DNA of 64,000 nt from Terriglobales bacterium (GTDB lineage: Bacteria; Acidobacteriota; Terriglobia; Bryobacterales; Bryobacteraceae): contig CAVUYK010000007.1 of assembly GCA_963745655.1 (NCBI GenBank), positions 170,985-234,984 on the forward strand, written 5' to 3'. Shown here in pieces: positions 18,880-29,543 of this stretch (positions are counted from its first letter, which is position 1; the number at the start of each line of letters is the position of its first letter). Under the pieces are notes generated by a model, which searched no databases, was not told the DNA's origin, and saw nothing but the letters and a program-made list of their open reading frames with translations. A program made the position numbers and the translations under genes.

Positions 18880-19737
18880 ATGGCCTGGTTTACCCGACAG
18901 AAACCCCGGATTACGGGGAACGCTCCCGAGGACGCCGCGCGGAATGTTCGCACCGAAGGCCTGTGGTTGAAGTGCGAGGGATGCCGCCAGATCATCTGGC
19001 GCAAGGCGCTGGAAGAAAGCCTGCAGGTCTGTCCGAAGTGCGGTTACCATTTCAGGCTCGACGCCGCGGCACGCGTGAAAACCCTGCTCGATGGCGAGTG
19101 GATCGAGTACGACACGGGCATGACCTCCACCGATCCACTCGAATTTTCCGATTCGAAATCTTACAAGAAGCGGCTGGCGGACATGCGCAAGGCTACCTCG
19201 CGCGAGGACGCCGTGATCGCGGTCGAAGGCAGGCTCAACGGCCGCGACATTCAGCTCTGCGTGCTGGAACTGAAGTTCATCGGCGGTAGCATGGGCGCCG
19301 TGGTGGGCGAGAAGATCACGCGCGCGGTGGAGCGTTCGATCGAAAAACGGCAGCCGCTGGTGATCGTGTCCAGTTCCGGCGGCGCGCGCATGCAGGAAGG
19401 CGCCATCAGCCTGATGCAGATGGCCAAGGTTTCGGCCGCGCTGATGTTGCTGGATGCGGCCAAGATCCCTTACATCAGCGTGCTGGCCGACCCCACCACG
19501 GGCGGCGTCACGGCCAGCTTCGCCATGCTGGGCGATCTCAATATCGGCGAACCGGGCGCGCTCATCGGGTTCGCCGGACCGCGCGTCATCGAGCAGACCA
19601 TCCGCCAGAAGCTACCCCCGGAGTTCCAGCGCAGCGAGTTCCTTTTGCAACACGGATTCCTGGACGCCGTGGTGCCGCGGCCGGAGTTGCGCAACTATCT
19701 GGTGCGTTCGTTCGATTTCTTCCTGGGGCCGGTCTAA
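18880..19737 (+). CDS. accD: Acetyl-CoA carboxylase carboxyltransferase subunit beta
   Basis: 285 aa. N-terminal zinc ribbon CEGCRQIIW...CPKCGYHFRL. Carboxyltransferase core FIGGSMGAVVGEKI. Confidence 0.9.
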   Translation: MAWFTRQKPRITGNAPEDAARNVRTEGLWLKCEGCRQIIWRKALEESLQVCPKCGYHFRLDAAARVKTLLDGEWIEYDTGMTSTDPLEFSDSKSYKKRLADMRKATSREDAVIAVEGRLNGRDIQLCVLELKFIGGSMGAVVGEKITRAVERSIEKRQPLVIVSSSGGARMQEGAISLMQMAKVSAALMLLDAAKIPYISVLADPTTGGVTASFAMLGDLNIGEPGALIGFAGPRVIEQTIRQKLPPEFQRSEFLLQHGFLDAVVPRPELRNYLVRSFDFFLGPV

Positions 19738-19823
19738 AAAGGGGACAGACGCATTTTCCGCCGCCCCACACGGGCACCCATCTGCAATCATGTGAAGCGG
19801 AAAATGCGTCTGTCCCCTTTTTA
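19735..19823. repeat. Long palindromic intergenic element, copy 2 (perfect 27-bp arms TAAAAAGGGGACAGACGCATTTTCCGC)
   Basis: The left arm (19735-19761) is the exact reverse complement of the right arm (19797-19823). The loop is 35 nt. The accD TAA stop is part of the left arm. The element lies between convergent accD and the glycoside hydrolase gene. Confidence 0.8.
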
Positions 19824-19921
19824 GCACCCCGCTCACCGGACATCCGCCAATGGCCATTGCGATGGCATCCTGCACGTGCTAGCGTCGCACAGCCGTGGAG
19901 GTGGAGGCGTGCCGGGACACT

Positions 19922-22900
19922 TCAGGCGTCCACTTGGAGCGTGACGGGGCCCAGCAGACCGGAGCTCAGCAACTGGGAATCACTCTTATAGCGTTCGACA
20001 TTCGTGCGCGTGTAGCGCTTCCCGGGAAGGCTCTGAGCGTCGCCCACCAGGCGGTTGGGCCAAAGATTCACGACGTCGATCTCGAGGCGGTTCGCGCGCG
20101 GCTTCACGGCCTCCGCGATGTCCACCTGCCACGGCGCACACCAGACCACGCCCAGCGGCCGGCCGTTCAAGCGCACTTCGGCGATATGTTGCACCTGGCC
20201 GAGGTCGAGCAACATGCGCTCACCCCGCGACACTTTCACGTCCGCGGGCAGGTCGAACGATTTCCGGTAGGTGGCTTTTCCCGAGTAGTACTTGATGCCA
20301 GGGTCGGTGTGCGCGGTCCAGTCCGTCAATCGGTCAAAGACGATGGATTCCGGCCCGCCCCATTGCGGGTCGAAGGATACCTGCCAAGGGCCCGGAATCT
20401 CCCCCACGGGGCGCGTGCCGGCGGGGTTCTTCGCGCTGGTTGCCGCCGTGGCCGCCGGACGGCGGAAAACCACAAACCAGCTCTGGTGCGGCGCGAAGTG
20501 CAGCGGCAGCGCTGTTCGGCCACCTTCGCCGCGGAACTCCGGGAGATCGCGGATTGCGCCGGAGACCGGGTTCCACAGCTCCGGCTGCTTTCCGGATACG
20601 CGGAACACGCAGGTGACGGTTTCCGCGCGTGGTTGCTGGTTCGAGAGGAAGTAGACCTCGGCACCGTCGAGAGTGCGGTGGGTGAACTCGATGCGAGTGT
20701 CCGCGGCGCCGTGGCGCACCTCGAAATCGGGCCCGATCCCCAGCGCCGCCAACGCTTCTTCAGGCGCCCTACCCCAGAGCAGGCGGCCCTTGCCCAGCGC
20801 CCGATCGCCCGCCGGAACATCCTCCGGCCCCCACAACGCATTGGAGAGAGCGCGCACTTCCGCGTCGCAGTTCGGATAGTCCGTGAGTCCGGGGGAGCGC
20901 CGCGGCTTGGGCCCCAGCACGGTGGCGCCGCTTTCGATCAATTCCCGTATCTTGGCCAGCACACCTGGAGAAGCCAGGCGCTCTTCGGGCAACACCAGCA
21001 GCGCGTAAGCGATCCCGTTGGGCAGCGTCAGGCGGCCGTTGCGGACCGAAAGGCGGTGCAACAGGACGTCCGAGTTGACGCAGTCGAAGTTGTAGCCGCG
21101 CGGAAGCGCCGGACGCAAGTGGCCGCGGCCGGGAACGAAGCGCGTGACGCCCTCGCCATAGAAGTATGCGACGTCGGCGTGGAAGCGGCCCTGCCGCAGC
21201 AGGTGCTGGCAGCGCGCCAGGTACAGAAGCCACGCGCGGCTCTGTTCCCACCAGGTGAGGTTGCGGTCCAGGTGCGTGCCCGCCCCATACTGGTCGCCGG
21301 GCTTCCCGGTGAGCAATGGCTGATGGGTGTACTGATGCACCACCATACGGTTCAGCCCGTCCGTGAAGGCCTGATCGCCCACGGCTTTGAGGTTCGCCGG
21401 GGATTCGGTGAAGTGGTTCCACGACGTAAACGCTTCCGCCTGGATGAGCGTGCGTCCGTAAACGTGCGCCGCCGAGGCCACCGACCGCACGGCGTTACAG
21501 AAGTGGTCGAACTGGCTCATGATGTCGGTGCCGTGCCAGAATTCGCCCATCGTCACGTCGCACTTGCCGGCGCATTCCAGGCCGTCGATGTGCGGATGCG
21601 GATAGGTGCCGTAGCCGGTTTCGGCATGCATGCCGACGTGGCGCGAATGCGCCAGCTCCGCCAGGCGCCCAAAGAACTCCTGAGCCATCAGGTCGCCGAT
21701 GGTGCGGCGGAAATCCCAGAAGAAACGGCCGGTGCGCTCGCGACTGTCGACAATGCGTCCGGCCATGGCCGGCAGGTACCGCAGCAGATCATAGCCGCGG
21801 CGCTCCTTAAACTGGTCGCGAAACGCCGCCGTCCAGGTGGGCTGCTGGCCGCGAATATCGGCGCCCAACTCATAGCTGTCGATGTGGACGTAACGGAGCG
21901 TGCTGCCCACGTGGCCGGGAACCAGCTCCAGGATGCGGTCGGCCGTCGAGTGAAATTGCCGCTCGATGCCCTGGCGGTCGAGCATGTTGGCTTCGTAGCC
22001 GATCTGGTTGGTGGCCGAGCAGCGCGTGCGCTGCCCTTCCAGCGTGTAGCCGAAGCGCAGGATGGTCCAGCGTCCCGGGGCGGCCGTCCAATCCAGGACT
22101 CCGCCGGGCTGGCAGAAGGAGGTTAGATCGACCATCTCGTCGCTGCGCACGTCGGCGGTCTGGTCCTCCGGATACTCGTCTTCGAGTGCTATGGGACCCT
22201 GCTTCGGCCAGTCCCAGAAACTGCGATTCCCCGACTTGAACGCCCACCACTTGATGCCCGGCCGAGACGCCGGCTGGTCGCCCTCCCGCAACAGCCAGGC
22301 CTCCGAAAGTTGAATGTCGGGAACGTGTGCCGATTTGATCAGTAGCCGGAAGCACTTGGCCGCCGTGGGGGAGAACCCCGCGCGCATAGCCTCGCCCCGG
22401 TTCATCTGGAACGCGGCCACCGTGCGGTACTGCTTCCCGTCGTCGGAGGCTTGCAGCTCGCAATCGGCCGGACCGCCGTCCGGGGCCGGCGCCAGGTGAA
22501 TGGCCGTTGCGGACAGCGGTTCGTGATACCACCACTCGATCCATTGCGGTTTGTCGGGGCTGGGAGGGGTCTTCGGATTGGCGCGCCAGACGGTCTCGGG
22601 ATCGCCGTCGGAGACCTGCGCGGGCGGCCAGTTCCACTCGTGGCAGTAGCCTTGCACGGTGGAACTGGCTTTGAATCGAGGCCGGTTGCACCGGGCGCCG
22701 CGGTCTCTCCGGGAAAGCCACCACCGCGACGTCGCGATACCAATCGTCGACCAGCGGCGGCGTGGGCAGTTGCATGCGCACGGCGCGTGGCCCGTCCACC
22801 TGAACTTCGGAGTAGACCAGTTTCTTGTTGGCCGCCTCGGCGTCAATCCACGTGCCGCCGGCATCCCAGCCATCGCAGAGGTTGACGCTCATCTCCATTC

Positions 22901-23288
22901 CGAGACGAGCGGCCTCGGCCACGGCGAACCGGAACAACTCCATCCAATCGCGGCTCAGGAACGCCGGTCCCTTCGGACCCCGCCCGCCACCGGCATGAAA
23001 CAGCAGCACACCGTTGATACCCTGCCGCTTCATCTCCTCGAGATCGCGGGTGATCCCATCGCGGCTGACATTTCCGTTCAACCACCACCAATAGACCCAG
23101 ACCTTGGAAGCGTCCGGCGGGTTTTGAAAGGAGGAGTCGAGCGAACCGGGCGTGGAGGAAGATTGCGCGGAGGAGGAGTGACCGCCCCCCAGCGCTGCGC
23201 CAACGCCGGCACCCATGCGGACGAACGCGCGGCGGGTGAAGAGCTTCAGGAAAGACTCGATTCGCTTAACCGAAGGCGGCGTGTTCAC
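19922..23288 (-). CDS. Large exported glycoside hydrolase (~1120 aa; GH106/GH2-like with a discoidin-type carbohydrate-binding region), interrupted by one apparent frameshift near 22676
   Basis: The N-terminal part is in the frame of ORF 21870..23288: Tat-like TRRAFVRMGAGVGAAL, then VWVYWWWLNGNVSRDGITRDLEEMKRQGINGVLLF. It continues in the frame of ORF 19922..22873 from FKASSTVQGYCHEWNWPPAQVSDGDPETVW. The family assignment comes from remembered motif resemblance only. Confidence 0.6.
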
Positions 23289-23310
23289 AGGATTGATCGC
23301 GCCAACGCGG

Positions 23311-24819
<1,509 letters not shown>

Positions 24820-24872
24820 CTAAAGGGACTGCCCTCGAGTTCGATCCTGAAAGGCAAGGGAGTTCCCGATTC

Positions 24873-25430
24873 ATGATTCAGTCCACCCAGATGCGCCCCG
24901 GGATGGTGATTAAGTTCGAAAACGAGCTTTACTCCGTCTTCAGCGTTTTTCATCGCACGCCCGGCAACCTCCGTGGCTTCGTTCAAGCCAAGATGCGCAG
25001 TCTGCGCACCGGCAGCATGACCGAACATCGCTTCTCTTCCGAAGATCGGGTGGAGCGGGCCGCCCTGGATGAGCAGGAGATGGAATTCCTCTACGACGAC
25101 GGCGAATTCTACTACTTCATGAATACCGAGACCTACGAGCAGATGCACCTGACCACGGACCTGCTCGGCGACACCGTGCAGTACCTGATTCCGCAATCCA
25201 AGGTCAAAGTCGAGTTCTACGAGGGCAAGCCCATCAGCGTGGAACTGCCCGCCGCCGTCGAACTCACCGTCGCCGAAACCGAACCCGGCCTCAAGGGCGC
25301 CTCGGTGTCCAACGTCACCAAGCCCGCCAAGATGGAAACCGGGCTGATAGTCCAGGTCCCCCCGTTCATCTGCGAAGGCGAAAAGATTCGCGTGAATACA
25401 GCCGAGGGAACCTATCTCGAAAGAGCCTGA
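24873..25430 (+). CDS. efp: Elongation factor P
   Basis: 185 aa. [16 protein letters not shown]...[17 protein letters not shown] is typical EF-P. AAGGGAG RBS upstream. Confidence 0.95.
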   Translation: MIQSTQMRPGMVIKFENELYSVFSVFHRTPGNLRGFVQAKMRSLRTGSMTEHRFSSEDRVERAALDEQEMEFLYDDGEFYYFMNTETYEQMHLTTDLLGDTVQYLIPQSKVKVEFYEGKPISVELPAAVELTVAETEPGLKGASVSNVTKPAKMETGLIVQVPPFICEGEKIRVNTAEGTYLERA

Positions 25431-25454
25431 GGGTTGCCGGCGGGCAGCCGCAGG

Positions 25455-25595
25455 GGGACAGTACCCTCAATTCCTATTTTCTTGCGAGCGTCGTTCGCCG
25501 TCGCGCGCGCAAGACGGCGCGCGTGCAACGACGCTCGGCACGGATCAGCCAGCGAACCGGCTCGGGAGGAGAACAGGAGTTGAGGGTACTGTCCC
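25455..25595. repeat. Long nested palindromic intergenic element (21-bp outer arms GGGACAGTACCCTCAATTCCT / AGGAGTTGAGGGTACTGTCCC)
   Basis: Outer arms at 25455-25475 and 25575-25595, with 1 mismatch. An inner inverted repeat is CGAGCGTCGTT...AACGACGCTCG. The element lies between convergent efp and an oxidoreductase gene. It shares the GGGGACAG core with the 15.6/19.7-kb elements. Confidence 0.7.
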
Positions 25596-25627
25596 GAACT
25601 TCAGAACTTTAGGCGCCGCGCATCGGC

Positions 25628-26770
25628 TTAAACGCCGATATCGCCTTTCCAGGTAGCTTCGCGCTGGTTGTAGAGAGCGGTCCGGCCCAGGATGGCGAAA
25701 AGCGTACTGATGGCCGAACGCTCCGCCACGTTCTCGACCTCGCCGTTGATCACGCGGCTGATGAAGAGCTCAAACGCGTCGATGGTGATGTCGCGCTTGG
25801 ATGGAATCACTTCCTGCTCCCGCAGTCCCCGGATGTGCGTCATCTTGCTTCGGGACGTCATGATGCCGCCCTTGGTGCCGGTGAACTCTTCGCCCACGCG
25901 GCCGAATCCCGGAGGCGACAACTGGTTGGCTTCGTAGTTCACGTGCAAGCCGCCGGGGAACTCGAAGCACAGACTCAGGTGGTCCAACAGGTCCATGGAC
26001 GTGCGCACTTTGCGGCCGCCGTACCCCACCACGCGCGTGGGACGGCTGCCCAGGAACCAGTGCAGCACGTCCAAGTTGTGGCAATCCTGCTCGACGATGA
26101 AGTCGCCCGAATATTCGCGATAGCAGAACCAGTTGCGCAACTTCTCGATCTTGGGATCATCGTAAGGGACGCGCTTGAACGGGTCGCTGCCGATCCAGTA
26201 TCCGCGGGCGTTCACCACCTCGCCGATCTGGCCTTCCTGAATGCGCTTGTAGGCTTCCAGATAAACCGGGCCGTAACGCTGCTGATAGCCGGTCGAGACG
26301 CACTTCTTGGGGTCGGCCTTCGGTCCGGCCGCGATCACTCGCTTGCAGCCCGCGACGTCCACGCCCATGGGTTTCTCGCAGTAAACGTGCTTGCGGGCCT
26401 GGATGGCGGCTTCCAGCATGCGAGGATGCTCGAACGGCGGAGTGGCGATGATGACGGCATCCAGATCGCTCGCGAGCAACTTTTCGTAATCTTTGTAGAT
26501 TTTCGGATTTACGGCTTTTATCTTCTGCGTGCCGGATTCGATGCGGTCGTCGAACAGATCGCACAGCGCCGTCACGCGCGCCCGCGGATCGGCGTTGACA
26601 ATGGACGCGTCATAGGAGCCGCGGTTGCCGGCGCCGATCAATCCGAACGTCACCTTCGAGTTGGCCTGGGTGCCGCGCACCGCCTGTGCGCTCACGATGG
26701 TGAAGGCGCTCGCCGCCGTCGTGCTTTGAAAGAAACCTCTTCTGGATACGGCCTTAGGATCGCGTTTCAT
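25628..26770 (-). CDS. Tat-exported Gfo/Idh/MocA-family oxidoreductase (GH109-like architecture possible)
   Basis: Start at MKRDPK (ATG 26768-26770), with GGGAGG 7 nt upstream. SRRGFFQSTTAASAFTIVSAQA twin-arginine leader. GLIGAGNRG Rossmann motif. YCEKPM motif. Confidence 0.75.
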   Translation of the reverse strand: MKRDPKAVSRRGFFQSTTAASAFTIVSAQAVRGTQANSKVTFGLIGAGNRGSYDASIVNADPRARVTALCDLFDDRIESGTQKIKAVNPKIYKDYEKLLASDLDAVIIATPPFEHPRMLEAAIQARKHVYCEKPMGVDVAGCKRVIAAGPKADPKKCVSTGYQQRYGPVYLEAYKRIQEGQIGEVVNARGYWIGSDPFKRVPYDDPKIEKLRNWFCYREYSGDFIVEQDCHNLDVLHWFLGSRPTRVVGYGGRKVRTSMDLLDHLSLCFEFPGGLHVNYEANQLSPPGFGRVGEEFTGTKGGIMTSRSKMTHIRGLREQEVIPSKRDITIDAFELFISRVINGEVENVAERSAISTLFAILGRTALYNQREATWKGDIGV

Positions 26771-26901
26771 GAATGAACCTCCCAACGAAAATTATAGCGG
26801 GAATTGATGGAACTCTCCGCGCACAGGCGTTTCAGACCCCTGCGCCGGGACGCTTCGCGCCGGCGGCCATGACGTGCTTTGGGCCCAACCGGAACTGGAC
26901 C

Positions 26902-28344
26902 CTATGTCGTGGGTAGCTTCGAGATATCCCATCCACCGCCCAGCGCCTTGATGAGGAGGACGCTGGTGGTCATACGGCGGCGGAGAATGTCGACCTCGCT
27001 GCGCTGGTTCTCGAGAGCGATGCTTTGCGCGATGACCACTTCCAGATAGGTAACCAGGCCGCCCCGGTAGCGATCGAGGGACAGGTCGAGGGAACGTTTG
27101 GCGGCTTCGACGGCGCCGTGCTGCACCTGCGATACCTGGGAGAGGATGCGCAGCGTGGAGAGGCTGTCCTCCACCTGTTGGAAGGCCTCCAGCGCGGTCT
27201 CGCGGTAATGGGCCACCGTTGCATCATAGTTTGCGGTGGCGGCGGCGGACGTGGCGCGGCGGCGCCCGGCATCGAAGATAGTTTGGAGCGCGGTGGGTCC
27301 AAGCGCCCAGAAGCGCGAGGGCCAATTGAACCAGTTGACCACGGACCCGCCTTCGAAGCCGCCGGTTGCGGCGATGAAGAACGACGGGAAGAAAGCTGCC
27401 CGGGCGATCCCGATCTGCTCGTTGGCTTCGGCCACGCGCCGTTCGGCGGCAGCGATGTCAGGGCGGCGCTCGAGCAGTTGGGAAGGGATGCCGGTGGGGA
27501 TGCCGGGCGGCGTCGAATTCAGCGGAGCCACCCGAAGGCTGAGGGACTCGGGAGTGCGGCCGGCAAGAATGGCAATGGCATGTTCGAACTGGGCGCGCTC
27601 GACGCCAACTTCGACGTCCTGGGCGCGGGTGGTCTCGAGTTGCGTCCGCGCCTGAGCGACTTCGGCCCGGGAGGAGAGTCCGCCGTTAAAACGGTTTTCG
27701 GTCAACTCCAGCGCCTTCTGGTAGGCCGCCAGGGTCTCATCGAGGAGTTTCTTCTGCGCGTCCAGGCTGCGCAACTCGAAGTAGTCGAGGGCAAGCTCGG
27801 CGTGCAGGCTCAGACGGATGGTTTCGAGATCGCCGGCGGTGGCCTGGGCTTCCTCACGAGCGGCTGCGATGGAGCGGCGAATGCGTCCCCAGGTGTCCAC
27901 TTCGTAGGACAGGTCGAAGGGCAGGGTGAAATCGCCGTACGGTCCCAAATTGGACGTGCCGCCGGCGCGGTTCGAGGAGACGCGGTTGGCGGAGATGTTG
28001 GGCGCCGCGGAGACGGTGGGATACCGGTTGGAACGGTTGAGCTGGATGAGGGCGCGAGCCTGGCGGAAGCGAGCTTCGGCGATTTTGAGGGTCTGGTTCG
28101 AAGCATCGATTTGCTCCTCCAGAGCATTGAGCTCGGGGTCCAAGAAAATCTCCCACCACTTCGCGCGGACGGCGCCGTCGTTCGGCTGAGCCTGCTTCCA
28201 GCCCTGCGTCTCTTTGAACTCGCTCGGAGGTGGCTCCTTGTAGGCGGGGGCGGCGGGAACGGAGGGCTTGGTGTACCTGGGGCCGACGGTGCAGCCCGCG
28301 AGCAGAACCGCGAGCACGAGCAAGACCCCCGGCCGCGCCTTCAT
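26902..28344 (-). CDS. RND efflux outer-membrane factor lipoprotein (NodT family)
   Basis: 480 aa. Lipobox LLAGCTVGPRY. Two TolC-like repeats. Four-nt overlap with the upstream adaptor gene. Confidence 0.85.
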   Translation of the reverse strand: MKARPGVLLVLAVLLAGCTVGPRYTKPSVPAAPAYKEPPPSEFKETQGWKQAQPNDGAVRAKWWEIFLDPELNALEEQIDASNQTLKIAEARFRQARALIQLNRSNRYPTVSAAPNISANRVSSNRAGGTSNLGPYGDFTLPFDLSYEVDTWGRIRRSIAAAREEAQATAGDLETIRLSLHAELALDYFELRSLDAQKKLLDETLAAYQKALELTENRFNGGLSSRAEVAQARTQLETTRAQDVEVGVERAQFEHAIAILAGRTPESLSLRVAPLNSTPPGIPTGIPSQLLERRPDIAAAERRVAEANEQIGIARAAFFPSFFIAATGGFEGGSVVNWFNWPSRFWALGPTALQTIFDAGRRRATSAAATANYDATVAHYRETALEAFQQVEDSLSTLRILSQVSQVQHGAVEAAKRSLDLSLDRYRGGLVTYLEVVIAQSIALENQRSEVDILRRRMTTSVLLIKALGGGWDISKLPTT

Positions 28345-29543
28345 TTCGCGTTCTCCCCGGGGCGGCCCGACGGTGCAACGCGTACGGTGGTGCCGGAGAC
28401 CAGCGAGTCGGAGGGGTTTTCGATGACGGCGTCTCCGGAAACGACTCCGGAAATGATCTCGATCTGATTACCGAGATCGCGGCCCATCGTAATGGGCACG
28501 AGCTGTGCTTTGCCATCGCGCACGACGGCCACGCGCAAACCTTCCGAACGGAAGATCAGCGTGTTTACCGGGAGAACCACCGCGCGCGAGGCGGCCCCCA
28601 GCATCAGGTGCGCCGAGACGTAGGCTCCGGGCAAAAGCTCACCGGTCGGGTTGTCCACGTCCACTTCGGCGAGCAGCGTTCGGGACACGGGATCGATGGC
28701 GGCGGCGGTGCGGGTGATCTTGCCGAAGAAGCGGCGGCCCGGGAACTCGGCCAGCGTCAGGTAGGCCGGGCTGCCCGGCTTAGCGGCGCCGGAGTAGGTT
28801 TGCGGGACGCTCACGTACACGCGCAGGCGCTGGGTTGCCGCGATGTCGAACAGTTCCTTGCCCGGAGCGTTCGCGCCGGCGTCGATGAGCGCCCCGAGAT
28901 CGGTGTTGCGCGCGGTGATGACACCGTCGAAGGGAGCGTAGATCTTCTGGAACGCCTGCAACTGTTCCAGGCGGCGCACATTGAACGTGGCGGAATCCAC
29001 CATGGCCTTTCTTGCCTGAAGGTCGCCCACCTTGTTCTCGACGTCCTGCCTGGCGACGGATTCGGTCTTCAATAACGACTCGTAGCGCGCGGCGGTGGTC
29101 CGCGCGAGCTGCAGGTTCGCTTGCGCGGTGGCCAGGTCGGCACGGGCCTGGTCCAGTTGACGGTCGACTTCGGGCGTCTCGATTTCGGCCAGAAGCTCGC
29201 CGGCTTTGACGTGCGCCCCGATATCGAAATACCAGCGCTTCAGGTAACCGCTGGTACGCGCATAAATGGGGGTGGCGGTGAAGGCCTGCATGTTACCGGG
29301 AAGCATGATCTCCTCGGCGGGCGCGGTGGAGCTGGGATGGATCACCGCCACAATCGGGATGGCCTCTTCGAGGGCGTTGCGCTTGAGAATGTCGTCGGCG
29401 CGAACACGCTTCTTGATGCCCGAGTAAATAACCGCGCAAAGCAGGACGGCGATTACCGCCGCGAGAAGTGCGAGGCCGGCCAGGAAGCCCCGCGAAAGGC
29501 GTGGCGTCCCGGAGTTCGGCTCTTTGCTTGGATGGCTGCTCAT
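28341..29543 (-). CDS. RND efflux periplasmic adaptor (membrane fusion protein)
   Basis: 400 aa. N-terminal TM anchor. Lipoyl/hairpin/beta-barrel pattern ([30 protein letters not shown]). ATGA overlap with the RND pump stop. Confidence 0.85.
   Translation of the reverse strand: MSSHPSKEPNSGTPRLSRGFLAGLALLAAVIAVLLCAVIYSGIKKRVRADDILKRNALEEAIPIVAVIHPSSTAPAEEIMLPGNMQAFTATPIYARTSGYLKRWYFDIGAHVKAGELLAEIETPEVDRQLDQARADLATAQANLQLARTTAARYESLLKTESVARQDVENKVGDLQARKAMVDSATFNVRRLEQLQAFQKIYAPFDGVITARNTDLGALIDAGANAPGKELFDIAATQRLRVYVSVPQTYSGAAKPGSPAYLTLAEFPGRRFFGKITRTAAAIDPVSRTLLAEVDVDNPTGELLPGAYVSAHLMLGAASRAVVLPVNTLIFRSEGLRVAVVRDGKAQLVPITMGRDLGNQIEIISGVVSGDAVIENPSDSLVSGTTVRVAPSGRPGENAK

Noticed and set aside
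19895-22126. 743-aa plus-strand ORF, together with similar long ORFs at 41444..44089 (+), 56353..58080 (-), 9580..10941 (+) and 23215..24876 (+)
   Set aside because: Each lies opposite a gene with clear family signatures (glycoside hydrolase, GH38, RidA/sialidase, VWA, guaB). All show the same Arg/Gly/Ala-rich shadow-frame composition.
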